Made by a program: the position numbers and the translations under genes. From NCBI GenBank assembly GCA_965644295.1, contig CBFFRP010000146.1, forward strand, positions 434,001 to 498,000: a stretch of DNA of 64,000 bases, written 5' to 3'. Under the pieces are notes generated by a model. That model searched no databases, had not been told where the DNA came from, and was given only the letters and a program-made list of their open reading frames with translations. The DNA is from Paraphysomonas bandaiensis. Lineage: Eukaryota > Protista > Chrysophyceae. This document shows positions 49,900 through 63,251 of this stretch, piece after piece; positions within the stretch are counted from its first letter, which is position 1, and each line of letters starts with the position of its first letter.

Positions 49900-52365
49900 T
49901 TCTGTAAATATCCCACTTTTACGAATATTTGGATCACCGTATAACGGACTTGCCGAACAAAAAATGTTCGGAAAATCGGTTTATCTCCACCGTATAATTA
50001 TGATATCTAGAATATCTCGATTTTACGAACACATTATTGTTCGGCATTTTTTTACCGTTTGGCCACTATCGCCATTCAAACCATACAACACCAATGCCCA
50101 TAAACTGCAAGAACAAAGAACTTAGAACAAACAAAGCACTTAGAACAAACCAAGCACAATGGATATTATTAGAGAGCAAAGTGAGTTCAGAGATGAGATT
50201 GCACAGCAAACCAAGCAGATGCGGTTAACGGATAGCACCCGCAGGCAATATGCAGACAGGGTCAGGGCCTTTGCACATTGGCTTGATGAGCATTACCCCG
50301 CCTGCGTGGAAAGAGACAACGGTGACAAGCTCACACCAATACTACCGATACCTGACGTAGTCATGGAAAAGTACATGGCTCATGTGCTTCTTAAAATAGA
50401 CAGCCGCACTGGTCTGTACTATGACCCTCCACAATATTACTCGTTTGCACACGTTAATGGACATCGAAGTGCTCTTAAGAATATGTACACGGAAAAGCGA
50501 ATGAACCCTTCACCGGAAATAGAGAGTATGTTTAAGGAAACTCTCGAGGGATTCAAGAGGAAGGTTGCTGACCTTAAGCAGCGTGGCTTATTACCTTCAC
50601 GAGAAGGCAAGGCTGCAATGACCATGAAAGGGTACATATTTCTTGCAGAGAAAGCAGCTAAACAGGACCATGACTTTGGACTGTATACATTTTGTTTGTC
50701 CTATTTATTGCTATGCTGGAATTTGATAGCAAGATCTGTAACAGTTGCACATATAATGTACGATCATATATCTTGGGAGGAGGATGCACTGACCATTAAT
50801 ATTGGCAAACAGAAGAATGATCAGGAGGGAAGCAATGGATTTCCGCGTCATATATATGCAAACCCAAAAAACCCTATAATATGTCCTATTTTGGCATTAT
50901 CAGTATGGGTGTTTACTCAAGGCTATCATCGTGAAGGCTCTGATAGGCGCCTCTTCGGGAACCCAAGAAGTTCTCAAGATCGATTTGAGAAATGGCTCTC
51001 TAAAGTACTTAAAACATTTGCTGATGCTATTATATCTCTGGGTATAATGATTGCAGAAATAGGAACACACTCATTCAGAAAAGGTGTTGCAACGGCATTA
51101 GCTAATTGCCCTGGTGGACCCAGTGCCATAAATATATGGTTGCGAGCTGGATGGAGTTTAGGACCCGTTCAGAGTCGATACATATTTGAAGGAGCAGGTG
51201 GAGATCAATTTGTTGGCAGGGCGACCGAAAGTATTAACTGGTGTGTTTCGAAATGATGTGTCAAGAATGAATGCTACTGGTGTTCCACCCAATGTGATTC
51301 TAGCTAATCGTATGTCGTCGCTGGAAGCAAATGTCGGGAACTTATCTAGAGATATGCGAGAAGTGCATACGACATTACCGGAAGCATTGTGTACGAGAAT
51401 GCTTGATAAGTTTACAGTTAATGGCGCGGTGCCAATAACTAGTACCGACATCGATAGTCTACGTGAAACACTTTTAGAAGAAATCAGAACAAGATGTACT
51501 CCACATAATGTGGAGCAAATATCTACACAAGAAGAGCAATCCACATCACAAGAGAAGCCTGGATTTTACACATGGGGAGGGCACCATCATTTGTTTCCAG
51601 AGGGCTTTCGTTTTCCAAAAGGTAACATAAAAATGCTGTGGGATCTGTGGTGGGGGGGAGAACCTCAGAGACATATATTACCCTACAGAAAAATCAAAGG
51701 CTTCGATTTATCCCGAACTGACCGGGTAAACTGGAGTAAATGTACCTGCATCATGAACGCACTAGTCTCCAAGGGCATAGAGATGAACGAGATCGGAGCA
51801 GTAGAGGATATTAGTAGCCTACTACCACGACAAAGAGATGCGTTATTCAGCAAAGTGTTTATACCTTTCTGTATGAACATATTCGCGGTTGCTAATCCCG
51901 TTCTTCTCGATGATATAGGCATCGGAAAAATGTCATATACGACATTCTACGATTACATGAAGGGCCGCAAGAGGAATAAACGTAGACGGAATGAAATGGA
52001 GCAAACGGAAGAAGATAATTGACTGGTACATGTCTCTGTTTGTGTCGTATATACGTGAGGGGGTCTGTGAGACTATTAACAGTCACCTTCACGTATATAC
52101 ATGAACAGACATCGCATCAATGGAGGGGTTGATGAGAATATGACGCTCAAGTAGATAGCTATCGACTTCTGGTGTAGAGATCATCTTGTTTCATGGCACT
52201 ACTGACAGTTTAAAGTAACATATAAAGATGAACGTTAGATGACATACACATACAACACCATTCTACAACAGTACTCTACCACAATTATACAACAGTATAC
52301 AGCAGTAATACTACATAATACCGTTCTGTTCGTATACTGTTCGTAAAAGCGGACCTTCTATAAAT
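49900..52365 (+). mobile_element. Crypton (tyrosine-recombinase DNA transposon), ~2.47 kb
   Basis: YR gene bounded by 10-bp direct repeats TTCTGTAAAT (49900-49909) and TTCTATAAAT (52356-52365), each abutted internally by 18-bp imperfect inverted arms. Confidence 0.8.
50159..52022 (+). pseudogene. Crypton tyrosine recombinase split into ORF1 (50159-51256, YR) and ORF2 (to 52022, GCR1_C-like domain) by a frame break near 51225
   Basis: Catalytic set NLIARS (R), KQKNDQ (K), GTHSFRKG (HxxR), LRAGW (W), VQSRY (Y), then GDQFVGR. ORF2 has FRFPKGNIKMLWDLWWGG. Confidence 0.85.
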
Positions 52366-52564
52366 GACTGGAGAGTGTGATCTGCTGGTCTTGCTGTCTA
52401 CTTGCTGCTGCTGACTCTGCACATGAGAGCCGTTGATGTGTCATCAGATACGCGAGCTGACTGTTAGTTTGCAGCACATGGCCATGTAAGCATACAACAC
52501 AAACTCATATACTCTTTGCTGAAGGTACCATTTACTCAAGTAAAACTATAAAAACTCCGCTGAA

Positions 52565-55500
52565 ATGCGAAGTAGGAAGCGCTTGTCGTCATCTTCCAGC
52601 AATGTTTTTGGTGATCAGTATATGTGTTCACCGACTAAAAAGAGAACTCCAGCACGGGAGAGCTTCAGCATGGGGAACTTCGAACCAAGATACCCTGAAT
52701 CCCTAGCATCATTTGCGGATGGTATTCGTAGCGATGTAATGGATATTATTGAAACTGGTGCCAATGCACTGAATAAGTCCTTCAGTTTGATATTCCCATT
52801 CGTGGCTGGATACGAAAATATGGACGCCATGGAAGATGATTCAATTCATGACATTGAAGTCAAAAGTACTCCCCACAAAAGCTCAAAAAGTTCAAATAAA
52901 ATGAAGCAGTCACAAGATGCACTTCGTATGCGCTGTTCTTCGATGTGGAACGAGAAAAGATCAAACGAAAACATTTTACAAAGTTCTTCACAAAGCAGGG
53001 CTCAAAAGGGCGGGAAAGTCTTGCTGGAAAAGCTAGCTAGGAACCCAAAAATTCAAGTAAGTGTTTAATTTTTTACTTTGATGCGTCTTTATGCTGCTCT
53101 AGTCGTTTCAGTGTGGTAATGAGAATGATCTTTTGATTCTTGGAAACTTGAGAATGATACTTGCAAGGAAGAACTTAGATGCAAACAATTCAGCCAGTAT
53201 TTTGTGGTCACAAACATTTCGAGATATAGCTAGCTGTGCGATTAACTGTTCATTGGGGTGAGTAAGATATTATTTTTATTAGCTCTATCGTCATTATACC
53301 GTGTAGGGCAACTACTAGCACGAATGCAACGAACATCAGTTCTGATGGTGCATGTAAACTAGACATTACCAACCGTGATAATGAAGTTTTTACAATTGGG
53401 TTACAAGACACAAACATGTGTATATCAGTCATGATGATTATTCAACAGCGATGTAGCCATGGGGCTTCCGCACCTGCTGTCCCTGCGAATACAACTGCAT
53501 CTGCACCCCTTTCCCCTTTGTCAATTGGTTCCAGCCCAGCAATTGTTCGTGGAAGACAAAGTGCTCGAGGGCGAGTACAAGGTGGAAAAAAGAAAAAATT
53601 AACAGACTGCCAACAGGATAAGGAGAACTCTACTGGTGGATCTGGGGTCAAATCTTGTCGTTCTCCAACTTCTTCGCGACCTTTGAAGAATCTGGAGAAC
53701 ACCAACAATGCAGATGAAAATTGCGACGAATCTCCTTTGAAAAAAGTTCGCCTTTCTCCTCGTCAGTCAGATGCAGCAGATAAAACTTCAGAAACCAAAG
53801 GAGTAGTAGAGGGTTTGGATATGTCACCCTCCTCGATATTTTCTACTCTTTGCCAGTCCTACTCGGGTGAAACGAACAAGCTTTCTGCCCCAAGGGTTCT
53901 TGCAGATCAATCTATTGTGTCGACCTCTGTGTTGTTAAAGTCATACCAGCAACTGCTTGACAGTGGTAGTACAATCGAGTCTGTGGTTGAGAAAATGGCT
54001 GCAGATGGAATCGACGAGAGGACAGTGTCAATGTTTCAGAAGAAGCATATCCTACAAAAACAGGAAAAGGAGCCGAGCAAACAGAAGGAAGGAGAAAGTA
54101 AATTGGATCGCTTTAGAGTACGTAAAGTTTTGAGTTGATATTATAAGTTCTCTAATTATCTGGCAGAAAATGCTTAAAAATGGCGTTCCTCCTCCTGCTG
54201 TTCAGCAGAAAATGAAAATGGAAGGATTCTCTCAAGCGGAGCAGGAAAGTGTTATGGCAGACGCCAAAGTAGGTCCATCTCTTCCAACTCCATCGCCTGT
54301 GGAAGCAGTTACATCAAAGGATTGTTGTCCTGCACACCTCAAGAAGTATCAAGTACGTTTAATTGTTATGATTCTATTATTTAAAACTTGTTATCAGGTT
54401 ATGCTAAAGTCTGGTGTTCCTAAGCCAGCTGTGCAGCAGAAAATGACACTAGAGGTGACAGTGTGAAGTTCTTCAGTTTATGTCATAACCAATTAAATAC
54501 TAGGGAATAGCTCAGTCTGAACAAGATCTTGTACTAGGCGAAAAGTCCTCTGGTACATCTATATCTCCCGCTCTGTCAAAGTATCAGGTGCCTTACAGTA
54601 TTCGTTATGGTAGCCGTACTAATTTTATATAGGTTATGCTTAAGTCTGGCGTTCCAATGGCTGCAGTTATACATAAAATGACAATGGAGGTACAGTACCA
54701 TACTTGTAAAATACATTCACAGAGTACACTTGTAGTAACTAGTTGCAACTAGGGAGTCTCTGAGGTCGATCAAGAGAAGGTTGTTGGTAAACGTGACAAC
54801 CAGATTCATACTAGCGCTGGACCTGATAAAACCCCAACCGTTTCGCGGTCGAAGTTTGTTGGTCTTCACTGGGAACCCATACCAGCTGGTGATAACACTT
54901 CATTGAAAAACAGTATATGGGGAGAGATTGGAGGAAATGGAGACTCTTGCAGTACAGAATTGCAACAGGACGAGATTACTTCACTGTCTACTCTGTTCTC
55001 TAAAAAAGAAACTCCCGCTAAATCAACAGGCAAAGAGTGTAACAACTCAGTATCTGCTGGGGAGACATTGCAATCAAATCAAACGACATTGCGAAAGAAG
55101 AAAACAATGCCTACTACTATTGACATGTCTAGGTATCAGGTCATAACCATTGAGATAACCTTTTGATATACTTGTTGTAGGAGTACTAATATTTCTATTG
55201 GTCTCTCGTCTTTCAAGCAAAAGAAAATGGGAATAGATGAGGTCACTATATGTATCCCCTGTGCTGTTAATGATGACTTATACTGGTTTAGATTATTGTT
55301 GCGATTGGAAATCTAGACGTGAATATACTGCATCAAGAAGACCTGCTACGACTGAAGGAAATTCTACCTACCGATAATGAAGTCAAAGCCCTTAAGGTTT
55401 GATATATCCTGATATGAAGCTTTATCTAATGACAACTAGGCTGGCATTCGCGAGGATGATATGCACGATACTGAAAAATGGCTCCATAAGCTAGCTTCTG

Positions 55501-56420
55501 TTCCTGGTGCAATACAAAAGGTGCGCAGACACAACTGTTAATAAGCCATATGGTTGACGGAATTCACACAGGTCAAGTCAATGTTGTTCATGGTAAGCGC
55601 CGAGAATGCAGCCATGGAGACGAAAAAAAGTCTACAAATGATTTCGGGATGTATAGGTATGGAATGGGTATGGAGCTTTTCCCGTCTTAACGATTTTGTA
55701 AACAGATGCTGTAATGAACAGTAGCGGTCTACGAGAACTTATGAAATGCGTACTGGCTATAGGAAATGCTATGAATAAGGTGATTATACGAACATACCAC
55801 ATATAGTACATTATTTTGCTTCTTTTAAAAAGGGGACCTGGAAAGGTGGAGCCAGAGGATTTCGTCTTGCTAGTTTAATTCGACTTCAGCAAACGAAGTC
55901 CACAGACGGTAAGAGCACTGTCATGGATTACCTTCTACAAGTACTTCAGTCTCGTCATGACAACGGAGGAGATGAGAAAGCCTTCCAAGCTTTGAACCTT
56001 GACGAAGAGCTGGGTTGTGTTCACAGGGTGAAGAATTTGAGCTTTTCAGGTTTCTTGTGATAAAACATATTGATACACTCTCACCAATGCGGAGCAGATT
56101 TAAAACGAGAAGTACAGGCATTGACTATTAGTCTTTCAAACCTATCTAAAGACTTCAGCGGATACTCATCACTGAGTGAATCCCACAAGGAAAGAATTGG
56201 AAATTTTATCAACGCTACGGAAAAGTCATTGTCTGAACTCAAAGTAATCCTGAATTCAACTCAAGAGAAATGCAGTGAAATTGTTGTGTTTTTTGGGGAA
56301 GAAGCGGACATGCCGATCAATCAGATTATGTCACTGTTGGCAGAATTCCTGACAGCATTTTGTAATTCCAAAACCAGACATCTGAAAAAGATTGCCATGG
56401 AAAAAAGAAAATTGAAGTAG
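52565..56420 (+). CDS. Formin (FH2) with CCDC53/WASH-like repeats, multi-exon
   Basis: FH2 motifs GLHWEPI, NSIWGEI, IDMSRSTNISIGL, VLAIGNAMNKGT...GARGFRLASL.RLQQTKS, FFGEE; repeats MLKxGVPxxAVxxKMxxEG. Confidence 0.9.
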
Positions 56421-56920
56421 TAGTTCCTCTTACTGTGTAATGCAGAAATCATTGTATGATATTTTGCTATGAAATGATATACCCCCTAATATGAAATACT
56501 CTAATATCAACATAAACTATTATTAATTCATTTGATTTGATTACTATTCCGTTTTTCATATTTACATTGTAATCTGTAATCTTTATGTTCTGTAACTATA
56601 AAGTTGATCTGAATGGGATCAATCGCACTTTTATGTCCGAAATAAGCGTATACTTTACAACCGAGAAATATGATTCCTACAACGCGCAAGTATCGATATG
56701 TTCAGTGGATAGGATATATCCGCTTCTTCATATATGATGTTAAGTTTTTTCTGTGTTGTGTGTGTTAGTAGTTAGTAGAGGGTAGATATTATATAAATCC
56801 AGTGCATGGCAATCAAGGATGAGAGATTAGAATCATATTGTGTGATTTCTATTTCAGTTACTTTAGTTGTTTCATCATCCAAATGTTTAATCTTAATATA
56901 CATATAATGTCTCTCAACAA

Positions 56921-57195
56921 AGTTGGACTCACACCTTTTCGTGGTGTTCTAGGGCATAAGTACCGGAGATATCTCTCAGGGAAGCTAACATGAGCCGCAT
57001 ATGTAGTCAGCAGATATTGTTGTTCTCTCCACTCACAGCCGAATGCTTGTGTGGTACAAGGGACACTAATATAAAAGTATCACGTTCCGCTAAGTAGTAG
57101 GATATCAGAGTTAAGCACCAGTTAGTTTTGCTACATTAGTTCTAACAACTTCTAACTCTTACACACCTGTTGCACATTATCAGACATTCACTACT
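56921..57195 (-). repeat. LTR-like repeat copy with internal deletion
   Basis: Reverse complement AGTAGTGAATGTCTG...GGTGTGAGTCCAACT; middle blocks missing. Confidence 0.9.
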
Positions 57196-57418
57196 TTACT
57201 ATAAAAATAATGTCTAAATCTTATATGTTTTGTACAGCATCCTTGAATACATGTAATACAGAATACAGCATTTAACTTCTGTGTTTGTCACTAGCAGCCA
57301 TAAACCGAAAACTATAACGCCATACATACGTACTGTACATATTACACAAGACGTACATTGAGTGCAAGTATGTTATTGTTAAGTCGCTGAATTGACAAAG
57401 TAGTTATTATTACATGCC

Positions 57419-60034
57419 CTAATGCCATTTCTTCTTTGACAATCCGTTAGCTTTTGATTCAAGAGAGGATGACATTTGCTGTAAGTTAGTAGTCCTAAGC
57501 GTAACACAAAACGTGAGTTGAGAAGCAGGTATAGGGATAAGAAATACATGGTATTTAGTCGCTCCAGCTCTTTCTGTAATTCAGCCGTAGATGGAGGACT
57601 CGACGATGAATTTTCTCGACCTTTCATACCCTTATATCGCGCTGAAAAGTTCGACTTAGACCTTTTTGACGATGAAGTTGAATTGAAGTATTTAAACATT
57701 AAAAAAATTAGAACGCCACCAATAGTTAGGGGCCATTTTATCCACTCCATCTGTCAAATTGTAAGCGTACACAGGAATAAATAGGTTACCAAAGCACAAC
57801 CTCATCAGGTTCATCCATCGACTTCAAGAGGCTGAGATACACTACGATATGCCCAGAATCCGGAACAGCTGCTTGGATGTTGGCCTGACATACTATCGCG
57901 CTATCGTTACCTTGACCACCGTGACATTCCTCATCAATAACAGCAGGAGCATTGTTAAAAGCTGTCGATACGTAGACCTCAACTGGCCCCCGGTTAGTAA
58001 AATCTCTGTAGAAATCAAGCTAAATTAGTGTTTGTAAAGGGACAATGTGCCTACCTCAGGTAGCGTGGAGTTACGTCGAGCCACATGGACGACACCATTG
58101 TATTAAATCCTGAGATATTAGAGCACTCACCGGGCACTTCTGAGGCTATCACCATCGCGGCCTGATGAGCAATACTCGTTTAACTTGTTCATATTGATAC
58201 ATTGTAATAACCAATACATATTGCATCGTACACCTCAATCTCTACAAATATACCATTCACATACGGAAAATACACAGATGCTGTAATTCAAGTACACTAC
58301 CAATAGAACCATACCGTTCTGGATCTCTTCAGCTCAGATGTATTGAATAGAGTCATTGTGCATCCAGATGCTGTTATCATAGCGCCCCGAAGAGAAACTA
58401 AGGTATTCGGGTTCTGTAGCGCGCTTAAATACTCTGCTTCCTCCCCTCTATCAACAAGTAACATCACTCCACAACAACAGTGAGCATCATTAACGACCTG
58501 TGTGTCAATTTCTGAGAAGTTTGAACCCGCGTGAGCTCACAATGATATTCATTGTTTCTGCCACTCTGAACCTTGGTGTTGAACGTCAGGAGACTACCAC
58601 TCTCAGTCTTTGCAAGCACATATGTCATGGATTTCAAATCTATGGTGGCCTGAACAATGCGCTCACTGCCCCCCAAACATATACGTGGCGGCACGTATAA
58701 TCTGGCAATATGTAACATCGCAACTGCATGACCAACGGGAACAGCCATGATTTGCCCAATACGAGTCATTCTTCCTATTCCTCCTCTTTCACGGGGAGTG
58801 CAGCCTGTGTGTATGCCTTCCCGTTCCCCACTCACGCCAGTACGCCCCAACAAAGTACCGTTGTACGAGAAACCCGAAAACCGACACATCGAATCACCTT
58901 ACGCAAAATGAAGAGGAAAAGAAAACGGGCGAATGGGTTTTACCTATGTATATCCCCAGGCCCCGCTGGCTGCCCCTGTAGTAGAGATGCATTGCGGTCG
59001 CATGTGCTGGAGCCTCAGGTGACGCAATAGTAAAAGTCTCTACGCTCCGTACTGAAAATCTGTTAGCACATTGTAATAATAGCACGCATAAAATACCAGT
59101 CACACCGAACCCATGCGTAGCAGCTGAGCTTTCCTCCTCGCTAGTGACCGTCATTGCCAATACATGTATAGTCCCATCAAGAGATCCTGTACCAATCACT
59201 GGCCCCACCTCTGAAGTACATTATGTCCACTATAGAAAGAATTAATCGATACTACTAACCACTATCTCCTTCTACGTCAGATGCAACTATTTTGCTTCCT
59301 CCGTGGTACTGCGACAGATCATGTTGAACAATCTCCTCTCCGTGAAGAGAGTAAATGTGGAGTGTTCCTACCAATTCCAGTTGACACATAATGCTGATAA
59401 AGAATACAACAAAAAATAACCTGAGGTATCAATAGCAATAACAAGGGTGACAGTAATGGGCTCTGAAAACAAATTTTACTTTCATTTTGGCTTGAATATT
59501 CTACTTACTGGATGATGGTGATCTGGCGGCTTTAGTAGTCATCAAGTGAGTAGCAGCAATGGTGTAATTTGTCTATCGCAGACAGACAATTACTACCTTA
59601 TAATCTTCAACTATATACCACGTACCTGAATATTCATTCTTTCAACTAAATAATTCATCATGCCGTCTGGGTGATAACTGGGGAACACTTCGATATCTTT
59701 GTCCCTGGAATTGTGTCCGGAGTTGGGATGCGCCATTGTGCTGTATTCCGCACCATGGTTACTTTCACCGTCATAAGGCACTTCGGAAACACTGTGATGA
59801 CTTATGAATACTCATTTCACATATATGAATTGGACATGGCACATACCTCTCTCCTAATTTGGAGGTTTGCATTTTTCTGCGCGACTCCCTCAATCGATCT
59901 AGCTTCATTTGCTGAAGACGAATAAGTTCATCCAAAGAAGATATTTCATCATCTATCATCTCATCTTCGGTACTTAAACCAAACGATTGAGAGACGATGG
60001 CGATAATCAATACAAGACACAGCAGCAACCGCAT
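57419..60034 (-). CDS. Type I membrane protein (signal peptide, coiled coil, probable beta-propeller lumenal part, one TM, KKxx tail), multi-exon
   Basis: MRLLLCLVLIIAIVSQSFG signal; TM WPLTIGGVLIFLMFKYF; predicted spliced end ...GLSKKKWH-stop. Confidence 0.65.
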
Positions 60035-60600
60035 GACTGATAGATAGATACAATTACTGTACGAACCAGTCACAATACTCTCGCTTACTATCAGTCGATT
60101 GACAAAGCCTAGATTCACAGTTCCCTCTACACAGACTGGTGTCTCAAGAGATCAGTGCGCCAATGTAGTCTGTTTAAGCTCGAGTTATTATTAATCTCAT
60201 CATCTTGTCTACAGCTCACAACAATTCTTGAATTCTACTAAAAAGAGCGTGATATTCCAATGTGAAATCATAAATTACCTGGTTTTTGTGTAAACAACAC
60301 ATAAAATAAGTGTTTTTTGACAATTCCAGGGATTTTATCACATCAATATGTTAAATATTTTGTACCAAAAAAGGAAAGTAACTGATAGATAGCCATAGCT
60401 ATGGATGTACTGCATATATCTGTTAAGGTGTAGGTGGTGTTAAACATTATCGTTAACACATCACAGTACCGTGAGTAATTGTTTACAGGTCCTGTCGTGT
60501 GTGGCTGGCCATTTTCTCAATGTCATTGAAATGAAAATGCCTGTACTTTGACCCGCTAATTACATAATTACCAGCACAGCAGTAGTTCATAGGCCGCGAC

Positions 60601-62743
60601 ATGAACAAGATAGATGTTGCCGCTGAAATTGAAAAACGAAAAATGCGAGATAAGCTTGACAATTATCGTATATTTACAAGTGTTACAAATGAAGCAAGAT
60701 TAGAAACATTGAGTCGCATTCAGAAGTTTAAAGAAGAACACAAGTCACAATTCGCATCCGATGCTAAGCCGAAGTATCTGTCTGACCTTGAACATGATAG
60801 CAGCATTGTACGCGAGTTGGAAGACATACTTCATCGTGCAATTCCGAGTGATCAATCTCTCAATAGTTACACGAAGGTACTTTAGTCATATAACATATTT
60901 CCCATAAATCTATTTCAGACAATGCACGCTTCCGCATCTGCACCGAATTTTAGAGAAAAGTCACATCTCAAGAAGAACAACTCAGAAGGAACACGTAAGC
61001 GCATTAAAAAACGTAGTGAAAGTAAGATTTTGGCCCCTATTGAGCAGAGGTACGGCAACATAACAGAAACTTGGCACAAGGGTCCTGTCGATATCCCAAA
61101 GGTAAGTGTGCAGCTGTGCACATTGTGTGCTATGTATTGAAATTATTTAGGACCGCTACTTTGATCTCAACGACAAGCGTATATATGGGTCCTGCAGAGG
61201 TGCGTGGTCACTGAAGTGTGGGTTGTATTAGTCATACATGTATAGATCCGCGGGGACGGCAGCTGAAGCAGCAGACTATGTGCCTCATGAATAGCATGCA
61301 GATGATGAGTCGGCACGCGAGGATCAACGACACATGCAGAAAAAGAGTTGTAGCTGCATCACAAGAGGCTGGAGAAGACCACGTCATGGGGGTAGGTCTT
61401 ATAGGTGTTTGTTTCGACCTACTTACTGTTTGCCCAGAGTTTGGATCAATATGTCAGCTCAGACTCCACAGGGGAGCCAGGACAGGGTACCGCTATATTA
61501 GAGGCTGCTCTATCCCGTGTGAGGTTTTACCGACGGAAGGCACGTCGGAAGCCGAATTCTCGTATTGACGAGTGCTGGACTGTGCTTGGTGCCCCCCCTT
61601 CCTCAAAGATAGGGTTTAAGCTTTTGGCTGAGGCATCGGATAGGTCTTCTCTTCTGTCAAATGTCCCTTCTCAAGCCGGGGCTGACATGGAGTGGGGAAC
61701 AAGTGGTACTATCATCAGCCAGCTGGAGACCCTCTGTGATATGGCGCACGCGATAGATCTCCTTCATGTGCTGTTGAAGCTCTGGAGAGATGTGTGTGCG
61801 ACTCACCTGTTATCTATTTGTCTGACTGGGCCCTACACAGATGGATCTGTCTCAAATGTTCGCCTCGAACGAGCTTCTTCATCCACTTACTGATTTACTT
61901 AGAGCAATTGGTGTGAAACGGGCAGCTAAGAAATCTGGAACGGTAGATTGTTGACTATATCGTGATGTTTGTGATTTACTCTATATCGATACAGGAAATG
62001 TCGGATTGGCTACAGCGAGTTTTGGATGTGAGTTGGTGTATGTGTGCATTTCGGAAAGTATCTTACTGTTGTGTTAGAAAACCTGGAGCTTGTGCCAACA
62101 GCAGATATTTAACTGGAAGATGCTGTGCTCCAAGAACCCTGATCCCCACTTTCTGCAGTTTTTTAACAAAATTGAGGAGGTTATTGTTGAGCATTTTTGC
62201 TGGTGTAATGTTAATATGCATACTTATCAGACTCTCTACAATATGGTAAACTGTATAGCTATTGATGAAGCAAAGGCACAGGCCGAAGAAGAAGATCGAA
62301 AGCGGAAGGAGGAGGAGGAAGAAGAGAAGGCAAGGCAGATTGAGGAAGAAGATAGGCTAGCATTCGAGAACATGAGTATGTGGAGTAGCATAAACATTCA
62401 TACTGGAGAGGTCATGTCAGGCGATGGTTCGCTGATGGCAATGAGAGAGAGAAGAAAGAGCGGACTACTAAATGAAAATGATGCTTCGACCCTCACCGAA
62501 AGTTCGAAAGAGGATAATACTACTCGTAATACTGATGATGATAGTGATGGTCCTACGTTGCGTGAACTGGAACAGCAGCAGAAGCTAATGTCGAATCCAC
62601 GTTTTAAGAAATCTACTAAGGCCATTCAGAGACTATGTCCTATTACTGAAGTGCTCGATATAACGCAGCTGGCTCGGTATCATTGTCAAAAGCCGAATAA
62701 GGCTTTGCAGAGTAGATTAGAAGAAATTCGACAGAATAATTGA
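60601..62743 (+). CDS. Uncharacterised multi-exon protein with a charged coiled-coil C-terminus
   Basis: Successive + strand ORFs separated by GT-AG introns; no family recognised. Confidence 0.6.
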
Positions 62744-63251
62744 TGTTGTAGTGTTTCTTTGCTTGGTGTACTTTGAAGTACTGATTTATGCGCCATATCA
62801 CTAGCGCATATCTATGAGTGCGACACATGTGTATACAATATCTTAGCCCAAATGTATGTGGTAGGTATGTAGGTATAGTTATCCCTGAAGCTGTCGTTAT
62901 GGTAGATACGTATGCTCGATAAACTAACCGTGGGTATGTAATATCTCGGCAGGGACACTTTCGATGGATTCGTTGTCGGTATGTAACGGTAAATAGTCTC
63001 CTTATATGGCGTGATAAATAGATAAATAGCGATGGTGTGATTGATATTTAGACTAACTACTGCAACATCTACATGCAAAATATTGAAATCTACAACACTA
63101 ATTTTTTCGAAAGCAAAAATTAAAAATAAAGTAAAAAAATCACGTCAGACAAGTTATACATATAGCGACGAAATACCAAGCAAAATTCGATTGTGGTTAT
63201 ATATCGTAATAGTGCAATGTGATTCACTGCACTAGCACACAGAATTTTCTC

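Noticed and set aside
62850-62995. Repeated GGTATGTA motifs giving a YIPT-repeat ORF
   Set aside because: Short low-complexity motif with no defined termini; the ORF is not credible.
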